From positions 64,001-128,000 of the forward strand of contig CAWJZV010000024.1 in the NCBI GenBank assembly GCA_963847445.1: a stretch of 64,000 bases of DNA. The letters run 5' to 3'. The notes beneath the pieces were generated by a model. That model was given only the letters and a program-made list of their open reading frames with translations. It was not told the origin of the DNA and searched no databases. Of this stretch, positions 19,878-31,492 are shown piece after piece. The stretch's first letter is position 1; each line of letters starts with the position of its first letter. This stretch comes from an uncultured delta proteobacterium. Its GTDB lineage: Bacteria; Desulfobacterota; Binatia; UBA9968. Position numbers and translations under genes: made by a program.

Positions 19878-20890
19878 CTACTTCGCCGGATAGCGCTTGG
19901 CCATTTCGTTGAAGAAGCCTTCCTTTTCCAGCTCCTGCAAGAAGCTCAGGTCGACGAACTGTTCCGGTTTCGCCGTCTTGGCCTGGGGCATCTGCGGCGC
20001 CAGGCGGTCGAGCAGAAACTGCAAACCCTTCAGCGTCGGGTAAGGTTTCTTTGGCGTCGTGGTGACGTAAGCTTGGTAAGAAGTCTCCAGCACCTCGGCA
20101 TCGTTGGTGCGCATGTATTTGCCGAAGACTTTGAGCGCGCCGGCTTTATTATAAAATATCGAGTGAATGCCTTCGATGTAGCCTTTGAGCGCCGACTTGA
20201 CGACGTCGCGGTTGCTCTTGATATAAGCCCGCGTCGTCGCCATGCCGTTGCCTTGGACTTCGACTTTAAGATCGGGAATTCGTCACCAACTCGACCAGCC
20301 CCATGCGCTTGGCGATGGGCAACGTCGAAGAGTTAAAGACCCCGGCATCGATCTTATTCGCCGACATGGCGGCGATACGCTCCGCGTCGGGACCGCCGGG
20401 AATGAGCTGCCAATCCTTGTCAGGGTCGAGCTTGAGATGATTCGCCAGAATGATCGCGGCAAAATGCGTCGCCGCGCCGTAGCCGCTGATGCCGATGCGT
20501 TTTCCTTTCAGTTGTTCGAGACGGGTAATTTCCGGGCGGGCGAAAACGGTCGAATCGTAGTAAATCTCCACGCCGCCGATCAGCACCAGATCATGGCCGG
20601 CCAACGACGCTTGGACCACCTGGCCGATGCTCATGAGCGGCGGATCGCCGCTCGCCAGGGCTTGAATCGCCATCTGCCCGCCACGGAGAAAAATCGGCTC
20701 GACATCGAGCCCGTACTTTTTGAAAAACCCCTCGTCCTTCGCCACCCAAATATGGCCCTGGCGAAAACCCGAGGGAGGGATAACCGAAGCGAACTTTTTT
20801 CAGCTCTTGGGCAACGACGGCTGCCGCCATGCTCAATTGAAGACCGAGAATCAAAGCAACAATGAAAAGCTTTTTACCATTCGGTTCCAT
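19878..20890 (-). CDS. NMT1/SsuA-like ABC substrate-binding protein (frameshifts near 20770 and 20275)
   Basis: Signal peptide in the frame from 20890; AKDEGFFKKYGLDVE, LKGKRIGIS; C-terminal FVDLSFLQELEKEGFF. Confidence 0.83.
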
Positions 20891-21030
20891 CACCGACTCC
20901 TCCGCAAACCTCAACTATTCACTGCTCCGTCGCATGTGAATGCTAACATTGCGCCCCTCTTGCCTCGCCCGCATCGCGGGCTGGAGCGATGCGTCGAAGG
21001 CTCTGTGACGCGTCCAATCATCAAGCTCTT

Positions 21031-22058
21031 CTAATAGTCCAAAAATCTCCCGGAACTCTTTGATCGATGGCGTTGAACTGGGCGCCGGTTTCCACCGGAT
21101 TGGTGACCAGTTTCAATTTCGATTGCTCCATGCGCGGCGAGAACGGTTCGATATCCGGCCGCGCCGGGATGCGCCGCAGCGTGCGCAAGCCGCTGCTGGG
21201 CCGGTCTCGACAAGAGAAAGTCGACGAACAAGCGGGCGACGTTGGGATGTTGCGGTTTGTTGCTGATTCCCGCCGAGTTGAGGGTGACCACCAAGGGGTT
21301 CACCGTATTCACCCACTCGATCGGCGCGCCGCGGGTTTTCATCTCTTCGGTGCGGTGCGCATAGACCACGCCGAGCGGGAACTCGCCGGCGGACATCAGC
21401 TGGGCGATCAAGGTATGCCCCTTGCGCCATTGAATGTCCTGTTTAGCGATCGCCCGCATATATTTCTGCGCCCGTTCGCGCCCCCAGGCTTTGTGCAGAG
21501 TGCCGAACCAGGAGTACTGCTCTTGGTCGATGGAAATCTTACCTTTCCATTTCGCATCGAGCAGATCTTCCCACTGCTTGGGCGCTTCCTTCTCGCTCAC
21601 CAGTTTGGTGTTGTAGCCGATGGTCGCGTAGTTGACATAGACGGCGGTCCAATAACCGTTGGCATCTTTGAATTCCGGAATATAACGTCCTGGCTTCCGG
21701 CGAACGGTAAGTCATGAGCAACTTGGCATCGGTGAGCGCATCCACTTCGCTGATCGTCACGACATCGAAATCCCAGCGGCCGGCCCGGCCTTCGGTGACG
21801 ATCCGGTTCAGCGTCTTCTCGCCGCTGGCGCGAATGATCTCGCCTTTGATGCCGTAGGCCTTTTCGAAATCGTCGAGCAGCGGTTTCGACTCGGTGATGT
21901 TAGTCGACGTGTACCAAACCAGTTTGCCTTCCTTCTTCGCCGCCTCGACCATCTTCGCGCGCTCGTCGCTCTGGCTCCACGCCAAGCTCGCCGCATACCA
22001 ACAGGATAATTGCCGCTAGGCCGATCTGCAAAAACCTGCTGCCAGTTACTGTCATCAT
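21031..22058 (-). CDS. ABC extracellular solute-binding protein (SBP_bac_6-like), several frameshifts
   Basis: AKKEGKLVWYTS (ORF 21539..21985) plus PKQWEDLLDAKWKG and HPNVARLFVDFLLS (ORF 21031..21600). Confidence 0.8.
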
Positions 22059-22254
22059 ATATTCTCCCTTCCTTAGATGGTTCGCCGATTTGCGCCCACT
22101 GGCGCAAGCTGCGGCGAAGTATAAGGCAAGGATTGCGAAGTCAATTTGGTCAGTGGCAGGGTTGCCAAAGCGACTTGGGTTAGAAACTTTCCGGGCGGCT
22201 CATGCCTGCAGCTTCAAATCCTGGCAAAATCAAGCGCGTGGCGACGACGCTGAT

Positions 22255-23241
22255 TCAGGATAGATAGCCCAGCTCGCGCCAGAAACGCCTCCGCCGCGGC
22301 GATGGAGCGGCACTTCAAGATGGCCTTCGGCGCTGTCGCGAACCATTTGCGCCATCGGCAGCGGCTCGGCTTTGGCCCAGGGAATCAGCGCTTTGCTTTC
22401 TTCCAGCGCACGGCAGAAGTCGCGCACCAAGCCATCGGGCGTGGAGGCGAGGGTGTAGATCGGCCAGCCGCTGAAATCGAGAGTCGGCACATCGGCGCTG
22501 AGTTTGGGAAAGCTCTTTTTTTCAATCAAGCCGCGCCGCAATCCGACCGCTTCCAAGCGTTGCAAAAGCGCTTCCGGCAACGACAGAAAATGTCATGCCC
22601 AAATCCAGGGCCATATTGCCCCAGGCGCTGGCGCCTTCATCGAAGATCGCGTCGATCTCGCCGCGATGCACCGCGCCGATGCGGTTCTGGCCATAGGGCA
22701 TGCCGGCGTCGAATTGCACCTCGCCGCCCCAGGAGACGATATCGTCGAGAGTAAAGCCGGCGGCGGCGCAGACATGGTTGATGATGACCTGCAAGGAGTG
22801 GTCGGGCTGGCCGCGCAGCGAAAGCTTGAGGGGAAACTTGCGGTCGCGAATGTCGGCGATCGATCTCAAACCGGTCGCTTGTTTGACGGCGAAGACCATT
22901 TGATCCAACGCCGGCAGCACGGCGATGATTCGCAGCGGAATCGGCGCTCTGAACGGCGCGCTGCCCAGAGCCGCCAGTTTGAGAATCATGCCCGGATTGA
23001 TCATGGCGAATTGGACCTTGCCCGCGGCCACTTCATGGATCGTCGCCGGGCTGTCGCTGCCGAACAGAGTCAGCGGCCAGTCGTCCGACCCTTGCTCGCG
23101 CAAACTGACGCGCGCCTGGAGCAGCGGCCAATCGCGCCGGTTGACCAGCGCCGAAGCGACCTCCAGCATCAAGCGCGAGCGCGTCGTATGCGGATGGGTC
23201 AGCATCCGCGTCGGCTTCAAAGTAAATTCGTTATCGCTCAT
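22255..23241 (-). CDS. TAXI-type TRAP/NMT1_3 solute-binding protein (frameshifts near 22590 and 22295)
   Basis: PLRIIAVLP, GLRSIADI, GEIDAIFDE, C-terminal VPLH...LGYLS; no obvious signal peptide. Confidence 0.65.
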
Positions 23242-23269
23242 ATGGGTTCTACCAAGACTCGGAGATTCC

Positions 23270-23460
23270 TCCCGCAAAGGCGCAAAGACGCCAAGTTCGG
23301 AATCGTTGTCATTTCGACCTCGCAATCGGCGACTCCGGAAGATCTCTCGCTAGATCCCTCGCCTCGCTCGGGATAACGGAGATCCCGTCACCTTTGCGCC
23401 TTCGCGCCTTTGCGGAAATAATCTGAATCTATTTTGCGGACTTTGCGTTCTTTGCGGCTA
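23270..23460. repeat. CGCAAAG-family palindrome with nested GTCATTTCGACC unit
   Basis: CCGCAAAGGCGCAAAGACGCCAAG ... CTTTGCGCCTTCGCGCCTTTGCGG. Confidence 0.8.
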
Positions 23461-23467
23461 ATTCCCG

Positions 23468-24490
23468 TCACTTCCCCTTCAACTCGCGATAGACTTCTCG
23501 CGCCAAGCTGAAATCCGCCACCCGCGAGATCGGCACGGATTGTTTGCTGTTGGAAAGTCTCAAACTTTCTTCGATGCCCATTTGCAGCGCCTGGTCCGAG
23601 GAGATGCCGTTGTCCGACCAAGTCTTGATCGTCAGTTCGAAGGCTTTCTCGGCCACCTCTCGTTCGAGTTTCCACTTCGACGCGATCAGCGCGATGGATT
23701 CCTGGCGCTGGGCGCGGGCATGGGCCATGCCGCGAAAAGCCACGGCGATCATTTTCTTAATCTGATCGGGCCGTTGTTGCAGCCAGCGGTCGGAAACGCC
23801 GTAGCCGCCGTTGATGCTCTCCAAAGTGTCGCCCATGAACGCCAGTCTTCTCAGCCCCGTGCGCTCGGCGTGGATATCCACCGGCGTCGTCAGCGTGGTG
23901 GCGTCCACCGCGCCGGCGCGCAGCGCCTGAAAGCGATCCGGAGTATTGCCGATGACCCGCAACGTCATCTCTTTGTCGGCATCGATGCCGGCATCTTTGA
24001 GCAAGCCGGCGCGACAAAAACGATTCTCCCGATGTCAGGGTCGCGACTCCCAACACTTTGCCTTTGAGCTCCTTGATCGAGCGAATATCCGGCACGCGAC
24101 ATCAAGGAAAACAACGGCCGGTCGTTGTAAACCATCACCAGCTTGACCGGCAGACCGCGCACCGCCGCGTTGAGCGTGGTGCCGGCGAAGATCACGTATT
24201 GAATGTCGCCCGAGATCAACGCCGTCACCGCGATGGTCGGCGGAATATTGATCAGCTCGACGTCGAGGCCGGCCTGCTCGAAGAAGCGGTTCTCCTTGGC
24301 GACGATCAATGGGAACGGAATCAGCCCGCCCACCGAGTAGCCGATGCGCACTCGCTCCAAGTCTCGGCGTCGCCGCGTCGGCAAGCGCCGGGACGCCGCA
24401 AAACAAGGCAAGAATCAGCAGTATGGATCGGACCGATCGATCTAATCCGGTTGATCCGTCCGATCCCATCTTAAAAAGATCCTTCATCAT
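23468..24490 (-). CDS. NMT1/SsuA-like ABC substrate-binding protein (several frameshifts)
   Basis: VAKENRFFEQAGLDVELI, ELKGKVLGV, RFQALRAGAVDA, VADFSLAREV over four ORF pieces; start overlaps the upstream stop (TGATG). Confidence 0.8.
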
Positions 24491-25203
24491 CACGGCCACC
24501 GGTTTCGCTGCTGCGGCCGCTTGGCCCAGTAGTCTTCGAACGCTTTCGGCCCGGCGCGCTGGTAGACGCGCCGATGGGTCGCTTGATCGGCTTCGTGCGC
24601 CACCACCCGCTCGGAGTATTGCAAGTGCACCACTCGGCCAGCGGCAACGGCTTGTTCCGCCGCGACCATATCTTCCAGGAATTGGCGCAGCTCACGGTGA
24701 TTCGCCATGTTGCTGCGAAAAACCAACCGGCCGTCTTTGTGAATCACGAACAGCGCGTTGGGCCAAACGCCGTAGGCACGGTGAATCCGGCCATCGAGGT
24801 GATCGACGATGATCGGAAAATGAATATCCTCCAGCCGCTGCAACTCACGGGCATAGGAAAGTTTTTGCTCGAAGCTCCTGTGCGCGCCGTAATTCTCCGC
24901 CGGGTGCGACTCGCGCGTGTAAAGCAAGAAAAACGCCACGCCTTGGGCGGCGAAGTCAGTTTGCAGTCGGTTGAACTCCGGCACCTCGAAGGCGCACATC
25001 GGGCTGGTCACAGCGCCGGTCATCATCACCACATGACTGCGGCCGCGAAAGTCGCTCAGCCGGACGATCTTGCCGTCCAGCGCCGTCGCTTCGAACTCCG
25101 GCGCGGCGACACCGACCTGTGCCGGCAGAGTCTCGCCCGGATTGGTGACGCTCGCCCCGGCGGCGAATTCTGTTAGGTTATAAGCGCGTTCTTGTTCGTT
25201 CAT
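24490..25203 (-). CDS. Iodothyronine-deiodinase-like / AhpC-TSA thioredoxin-fold protein
   Basis: APEFEATALDGKIVRLSDFRG, GAVTSPMC, FFLLYTRESHP, IIVDHLDG, AYGVWPN resemble the deiodinase fold (GSxT[U/C]P, YxxEAH, xxDxM, YGxxP). Confidence 0.72.
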   Translation of the reverse strand: MNEQERAYNLTEFAAGASVTNPGETLPAQVGVAAPEFEATALDGKIVRLSDFRGRSHVVMMTGAVTSPMCAFEVPEFNRLQTDFAAQGVAFFLLYTRESHPAENYGAHRSFEQKLSYARELQRLEDIHFPIIVDHLDGRIHRAYGVWPNALFVIHKDGRLVFRSNMANHRELRQFLEDMVAAEQAVAAGRVVHLQYSERVVAHEADQATHRRVYQRAGPKAFEDYWAKRPQQRNRWP

Positions 25204-25218
25204 CGGCGCCGTCGACTT

Positions 25219-26236
25219 TCACCGGCTCTGCTCGCGGTACACGCCGATCGCTTCGTGCAGCGGCCGGTCGGTGGTGGAAAACAACACCGCGGGCGCGGCC
25301 GAAGTATTCTTGTGGCGGTGCCACGACCAGTTGGGCACGACGAAAAAGTCGCCCGCTTCCCAGACGAGCTTCTCGCCTTCCACCTCGCAGACGCCGCTGC
25401 CTTCCACTGCGTAGTAAAGTTGGTTCGAGGTATGGCGGTGCTCGGCGGTCTGTTGATTAGCGTCGAGCATTTGGATCCAGCAGGAAAAAGTCGGGAAAGT
25501 CGCACCGCCGGTGACCGGATTGCGATACTCCAGACAGCGGCCGTCGAATGGGCTGGCGCTGTCGGCGAGCATTTCCGCCAGCGCGCGCCGGGTCTCAGTC
25601 CATTTGTACACCAGCGATTTCAACGGCTGTCCGGGCGGCGCGAGCAAGCCGGGATTGCGCAGCGTGGTGTCCGCCGGGCTGTTGTAAAGCCGCACATCTT
25701 CGGCCGGATGGGGTTCCTGAAACATCGTCCGCAACATGCGCATCAGGCCCGAGTCCAGGCCGTCGATCCAGATCGCGTCGCGCTCGGTTTCATTGATGTG
25801 ATTATGCCAACCCCAGCTCGGCTGAATCACCAGGTCGCCGCGCTCCATGACACACTTCTCGCCGTTGGTGATGGTGTAGACGTTGGCGCCGCCGTCGATG
25901 ACGAAGCGCATGGCGGCGTTGGTATGGCGATGGGAGTAGACCGCTTCGCCGGCTTTGACCAGCTGCACCGCCAGGTTGAGCGTATGGCTGGTGCTCTCGT
26001 TCATGTTCGGATGAACCAGACTGATGGCCCGGCGCGCGCCTTTGTAGTTGGTCGTGATCAGTTGCCCGGCCGCTTCAAGACCGGCGCGAATCTTTGCCCA
26101 CTTCCAAAGAATCGGCTTGCCGAAGGGCGCCGGCTCGCGCCGAATCGATTCCTCGCGCGCCCACAGGCCGCGCAAATTATCCTTCGCCAGTTCGTCGTCG
26201 AGATTTTTCAGATCGTTGGATTTGCGCTGTAGTCAC
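25219..26236 (-). CDS. Gentisate 1,2-dioxygenase-like bicupin (1-bp indel near the GTG start)
   Basis: LRGLW, ILWKW, RRAISLVHP, HRHTNAAMRF, PSWGWHNH, YRNPVTGG, HRHTS, GDFFVVPNWSWH; AAGGAG RBS before GTG 26236. Confidence 0.88.
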
Positions 26237-26366
26237 AATCGCTCCTTGGTTCACCGAAACTCATGAACCGTCTACGAAGCATCTCGATGCGACCACCCAG
26301 TATCGACAGAACATGCAGCGGCGCGCCGATTGTTGGGTCATTTCGACCGCAGGGAGAAATCTGCTC

Positions 26367-27558
26367 TTAGCCATCGGCCAAGTGAAAATACTTCACCGCG
26401 TTGCCCACGGTCATTTTCCAGATCTCGTCTTCGCCGACGCCGGCGAAGTTTTCCGCGAGCACGCGGCGCGAGTTGGGCCAGTCCGATTCGAGATGGGGAA
26501 AGTCGCTGGCCCACATCACTTTGTCCACGCCCAACTCCTGGCGCGCGATGCGCACGCCGATGGGATTGCGATTGAAACCCCAGTGGACATACTCGCGGCC
26601 ATACTCGCTGGGCATGCGTTTCAAACGCGGCAAACCGAGCACGCGCTCGGCCCAATATTGCTGGCGGCCATATTCATTGTCCATCTGGTCGAGCCAATTG
26701 GGCACCCAGCCGATCTGCACTTCGGCGACATAAATATTCAGCTTCGGGAAACGATCGAACACGCCGCCCCAGATCATCTGGACGACTTGTTTACTGCCGC
26801 GAAAACCATATTTGTTGAATCGCTCGATCACGTCCGGCACATGGTGTTCGGGATCGGTTTGCTTGGCGTACTTGAATGCAGGCGCCGCCACCGCCGGCTG
26901 GCCGCGGCCGCGGCGCGGAAAACCGAACTCGACGTGAATCGTCAGCGCCATTTGTAGATCGACCACCGCGGCCCAGAAGGGATCGTCCGCCGGCCGTCGG
27001 CTGGCGGTTGCCGGCGGGAAAGTTGTCGATCGCCACCGCCTTGAGACCGATGCGCTTGCAGTGCTGCAACTCGGCGACGGCATCGCCGATGTTGGTGATC
27101 GGAATCACGCCGACGCCGATCAAGCGCTCAGGGGAAAAGGAGCAATACTCCTCGGCGAGCCAATCGTTGTAGGCGCGCACCACCGACTTGTAGGCATCGT
27201 CGTTGCGAATGCCGCGCCAGAAGCCGGGACCGACGTTGCCGGGAAACAACACTTCGGCGTCGACACCGTCCTGGTCCTGCTCGCGCAAACGCTGCTCGGG
27301 CGAGCCGGTGCCGGGGGAGCTTTCATAATTTTCACCGGGAAGCGGATCGAAGGGGCGCCGTTCTTCATAGGGCAGGCCGCAGGAGATGTTGGAGATCAAA
27401 CGCTCCAACGGCTGGCCTTCCTGCAGCACCGCCAGAGTGCCGTCTTCGAGAGTGATCACCTTGGGCGCGCGGTCGCGAAACTTCTCCGGCACACGCTTGG
27501 CGTAACGGTCGGGACGTATTTCTAGGTGGGAGTCGGCGGAAATGCAGTGATACTTCAT
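26367..27558 (-). CDS. Amidohydrolase_2-family protein (frameshift near 26990)
   Basis: ISADSH, DQDGVDAEVLFP, AYNDWLAEEYC, DPFWAA, GVFDRFPKL, MWASDFPH. Confidence 0.88.
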
Positions 27559-27807
27559 AAATCCTCGCGTCAGTCGGTCAGCGCCCGGATTACACCGGCG
27601 CACCGGGGTTGTCAACGTGCGCCGGCAAGGCGGCGACCGTAAATCTGTCATTTCGAGCGCAGCGAGAAATCTTTCTTGCTCACCGCAGCCGAGCCGAAAT
27701 CGAACTGACCTGACCCGGCAAATCCCCTGCCGGCCCTGCGACTTGAATTCCGCCGCGATTGGAGAGTATGTAATTTTTACTTCACCCGCGCGCGAAAGGA
27801 TTTGCCA

Positions 27808-28846
27808 ATGTTGACCCCGATGTTAACCATAGACGCCGACGCCCATGTCCTGGAGACCGAACAGACCTGGGAGTATATGGACGGAGCCGATAAGAAATAT
27901 CGGCCCAAACTCGTCGGCGCCACGGACGGAGACTCCAAGGACGAATACTGGCTGGTCGACGGCACGTTGCGCTTGAAGTCCGGCAACGTCGGCCGCAACA
28001 CGCCGCAGGCGTCGCGTGAGATGCGCGACGTGCCGACGCGCATCAGAACATATGGACGAGTTGGGCGTGCGCATTCAAGTGCTCTACCCGACGTTGTTTC
28101 TCATACCGCTCACGCCGCGCCCGGAAGTCGAGCTGGCGCTCTGCCGCAGCTACAATCGCTGGCTCGCCGATATCTGGAAGCAAGAACCAGAACGATTGCG
28201 CTGGGCCGCCGTCGTGCCGCTGATGTCGATGGAGCAAACCCTCGCCGAGGCGCGCTTCGCCAAGGAAAACGGCGCCTGCGCGATTTTCATGCGCGGCACC
28301 GAGGGCGACCGGCTGTTGAGCGATCCGTATTTCTTCCCGCTCTACGAAGAGGCCCAGCGCTTGGACATCGCCATCGGCGTCCACGCCGCCAACGGCAGCG
28401 CGACGCTGTATAACTATTATAAATACGAAAGCGTCGGCTTCTCTAAGTTCAAGCTCAATTGCGTCGGCGGCTTTCACTCCATGGTGATGGACCGCATCCC
28501 CGACCGCTTCCCCAAGCTGCGCATCGGTTTCTTGGAAATCAGCGCCGAGTGGCTGCCCTACACCTTCACCGATTTGAAAAAACGCTTCCGCCTGAAGAAT
28601 CAAGAACTCCATGCCGACTTCTTGAAGCACGACCGCATCTTCGTCGCCTGCGAGACCACCGACGATATTCCCTACATCGTCAGCAAGTTGGGCGAAGACA
28701 ATATCGTCATCGGCTCCGACTATGCCCACGCCGACAGCGCCACCGAGTTGATGGCGATCCACAATCTCAGCGCCGACCCGCGCCTGACGCCCGCGCTGGC
28801 GAAAAAGATCGTCAGCGATAACGCCAGGGCGCTGTACGGGCTGTAG
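27808..28846 (+). CDS. Amidohydrolase_2-family protein (frameshift near 28045)
   Basis: IDADAHVLE, MDELGVRIQVLYPT, YNRWLAD, DRFPKLR, GSDYAHAD. Confidence 0.88.
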
Positions 28847-28931
28847 TAGAAGAAATGAAATCGGCAGATTGGCGCAATGAACCTAGCGCGGCACAGCCGC
28901 AACCAAATGGGAAAGAGTTTTTACCACGAAG

Positions 28932-29118
28932 TGAATCATGATCTTACGCACGCCCACAGATAATGAAAATACCGGAAGCCATTCCTTAGACTCGTCATGC
29001 CGGCGCAGGCCGGCATCTAGGGGCGGGAAGGGGATGGATAACGGCCTGCGCCGGTATGACGGAACAGAGAGTCGTTATCGATGCGCAGATCATCGCTGCA
29101 CGTGTATTTTCGAAGGAG
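28932..29118 (+). mobile_element. Non-coding site-specific inserted element, copy A (187 bp)
   Basis: Begins TGAATCATGATCTTACGC right after CCACGAAG, ends GTATTTTCGAAGGAG right before CTCACGAAG; nearly identical to 41532-41710. Confidence 0.75.
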
Positions 29119-29347
29119 CTCACGAAGGACACGAAGGGTTCGGAGAATTATTTCTCCGAACTTCGTGCTCTTCGTGTTCTTCTTGGTGAGATGAATTTTT
29201 CCTATTGAGCGCGACTACTTACGGACACCGATCCGGAAAATTTGCGCAAGCTGCGCAAACTGTTAGGTATTGCAGTGCAGAGAACACAAAAAATGAATTC
29301 CGAAATTTAGGGACGGGATTAAAACCCGCCCTTTTCGGTTTGCGACG

Positions 29348-29479
29348 GTCAGGACCATTCTCGAAGGCATGGAGAAACTTCCTGGCGCCAAAGGCGCCGA
29401 TCCACGCGGTTTCGTCGACTTCACGATATTGGATGAGTTGGAGAAAGAAGGCTTCGTCAAAAATCTATACAAGAACTAA
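29348..29479 (+). pseudogene. 3' remnant of an NMT1/SsuA-like SBP gene
   Basis: VRTILEGMEKLPGAKGADPRGFVDFTILDELEKEGFVKNLYKN-stop, no start; abuts the REP at 29308-29332. Confidence 0.75.
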
Positions 29480-29573
29480 ATCTGCTTCGGTGGTCATTCC
29501 GAGGCGCAGCCGAGGTAGCTCGACCGCGAACTGCGACAAGCCAAGCCGCCTGGGCCAGTAAGGAGATAACATC

Positions 29574-30564
29574 ATGCGCAATTTTTTATATCGCGCGCCA
29601 TTCTCGCTCATCGCCGCGCTGCTGTGCGCCGGCTCTGCCTCTAGCCCAGACCATCAAAGTCCCCTACGTCTCGATCTCCGGCTTTCAAGCGCCGCTCTAT
29701 CTCGGCGAACGCGCCGGACTATTCAAGAAAAATCAGCTCGACGCCCAGTTGATCTACATGCCGGGCGGTTCGCTGATCGTGCAGACCTTGCTGTCCGGAG
29801 ATGTCGGCGTCGCCAGCCTCGCGCCGCCGTCCGCGGTAAGCGCCTGGGCCAAAGGCGCCGAGCTCGCCATCGTCGCCGGCGGCATCGAGCGGGTGCTGAA
29901 CGTGCTGATGGTCAATCCGAAAATAAAAAGAGTCGACGAACTCAAAGGCAAACGCGTGGCGATAAGCCGCTTTGGCTCGCTCTCAGATACCTCCCTGCGC
30001 GACGCGCTGGCCCACCACAAGCTCAAAACCCAGGATATTTCCATCGTCCAGATGGGCGGCCTGGGCGAACGCATGGTGGCGCTCACCTCCGGCATCGTCG
30101 ACGGCGCGGTGTTAAACGTCGACCAATTGTACCAAGCGGAGAAGCTGGGCTTTCACGTGCTCATCGACATGCGCAAGCTGCCGCTCAACTATTCGACCCA
30201 AGGCATCGTCGTCAGCCGCGAGTTTCTTCGCGTTCAGCGCGCCGTTGTCAAACGATTTTTAAGAGTTTATATCGAAGGCATCAAGATTTTTAAGACCGAT
30301 AAGGAATTTTCCATCGAAACTTTGGGCCGCTACATCAAGACCAACGACCGCGAAGTATTGGCCAAGACCTATGACTTCTACCGCGAGGCGTGGGAGAGCG
30401 TACCGACCGTCAGACGCGAAGGCATTCAGCAAGCGTTGGACAGCATCCCCGAAGGCAAGAATCCTAAGTTGAACCTCGATAGCCTGATCGACAATTCGCT
30501 GATCCAAGAACTGGACAAGGAAGATTTCCTGAAAGCGCTCTATCCCGAAGGGCTCAAGCGCTAA
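29574..30564 (+). CDS. NMT1/SsuA-like ABC substrate-binding protein (frameshift near 29640)
   Basis: Signal peptide from 29574; LKGKRVAISRFGSLSD, DNSLIQELDKEDF. Confidence 0.85.
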
Positions 30565-30655
30565 CGCGGCACTAGGCGCCACCTCAGCACCATTTGACAG
30601 CGCACCGCTGCAAACGTTAATTGAATCTGGCAGCTCATCCACAGAGGAGAAATCC

Positions 30656-31492
30656 ATGCTCAAAACCATCGGCTTGATCGAGGGTCACTATGAATGTCGT
30701 TCGCTGGATGAAACCCTGCCGGTGTTCACCGACCTGCTGGCCATGGAGATCGTCGAGCGCAAAGCGGGTCAAGCCACGATCAAACATCCCAACACCGATT
30801 GGCGCCTGATCGTCCACGAAGGCGGCCCCGGCGCGCCGGAGAAAACCTTCGACAACCACTACGGCTTTCGCGTCGCCACGCACACTGAGGTCGAAGCCGC
30901 ATGGGAATATGTCGAAGCGCACAAAGACAAGTATCGCATCAGCAAGATTACCAAACCGCAGAGCGCCCACTTCGCCTACTCGATTTATTTCCACGAGCCC
31001 GGCGGCAATCATTTGGAGATCGAATATTACAATCCCGGCGGCGCGCTGCACGGGCGCTCGCATACGGCGGGCCATTGGGACAACACTTTGAACAGCGAGC
31101 GATTCCCTGGCCGCGGCTACGTGCCGCAGGCTTTTACCCACGGCACGCTGCAGTGCGACGACATCGAGCGCAGCCGGCGTTTTTACGTCGAAGTGCTCGG
31201 GCTGGAAATCGCCGCCGGTTTCAATACCGCCCAATACATCAAACATCCAGCGACGCCGTGGTATCTCGTCGTCCTGCAACGCAGCCCGCGTCAATACTTG
31301 GCGCCGGTCAATCGTTTCACCTTGCAACTCGGCACGGCGGCGGAAGTCGAACAGGCGCACCGCGAGTTTGTGTCGAATAAGAAGTCGCTGGGCCTAAACG
31401 AAATCACCGACATAGACCGCGCCGACGGCACAGTCAATTTCATCTTCAGCGATCTCGACAAAAATTGGTGGGAACTCACAGCCAATGGTTAA
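30656..31492 (+). CDS. Two-domain VOC/glyoxalase-family protein
   Basis: NHYGFRV, SIYFHEPGGNHLEIE, HGTLQCDDIERSRRFYVEVLGLE, FSDLDKNWWE. Confidence 0.85.
   Translation: MLKTIGLIEGHYECRSLDETLPVFTDLLAMEIVERKAGQATIKHPNTDWRLIVHEGGPGAPEKTFDNHYGFRVATHTEVEAAWEYVEAHKDKYRISKITKPQSAHFAYSIYFHEPGGNHLEIEYYNPGGALHGRSHTAGHWDNTLNSERFPGRGYVPQAFTHGTLQCDDIERSRRFYVEVLGLEIAAGFNTAQYIKHPATPWYLVVLQRSPRQYLAPVNRFTLQLGTAAEVEQAHREFVSNKKSLGLNEITDIDRADGTVNFIFSDLDKNWWELTANG

Noticed and set aside
28938-29189. ORFs MILRTPTDN... (also 41538..41732) as a small protein family
   Set aside because: They lie in the repeated element; the copies differ by frame-breaking indels and copies C/D lack the frame
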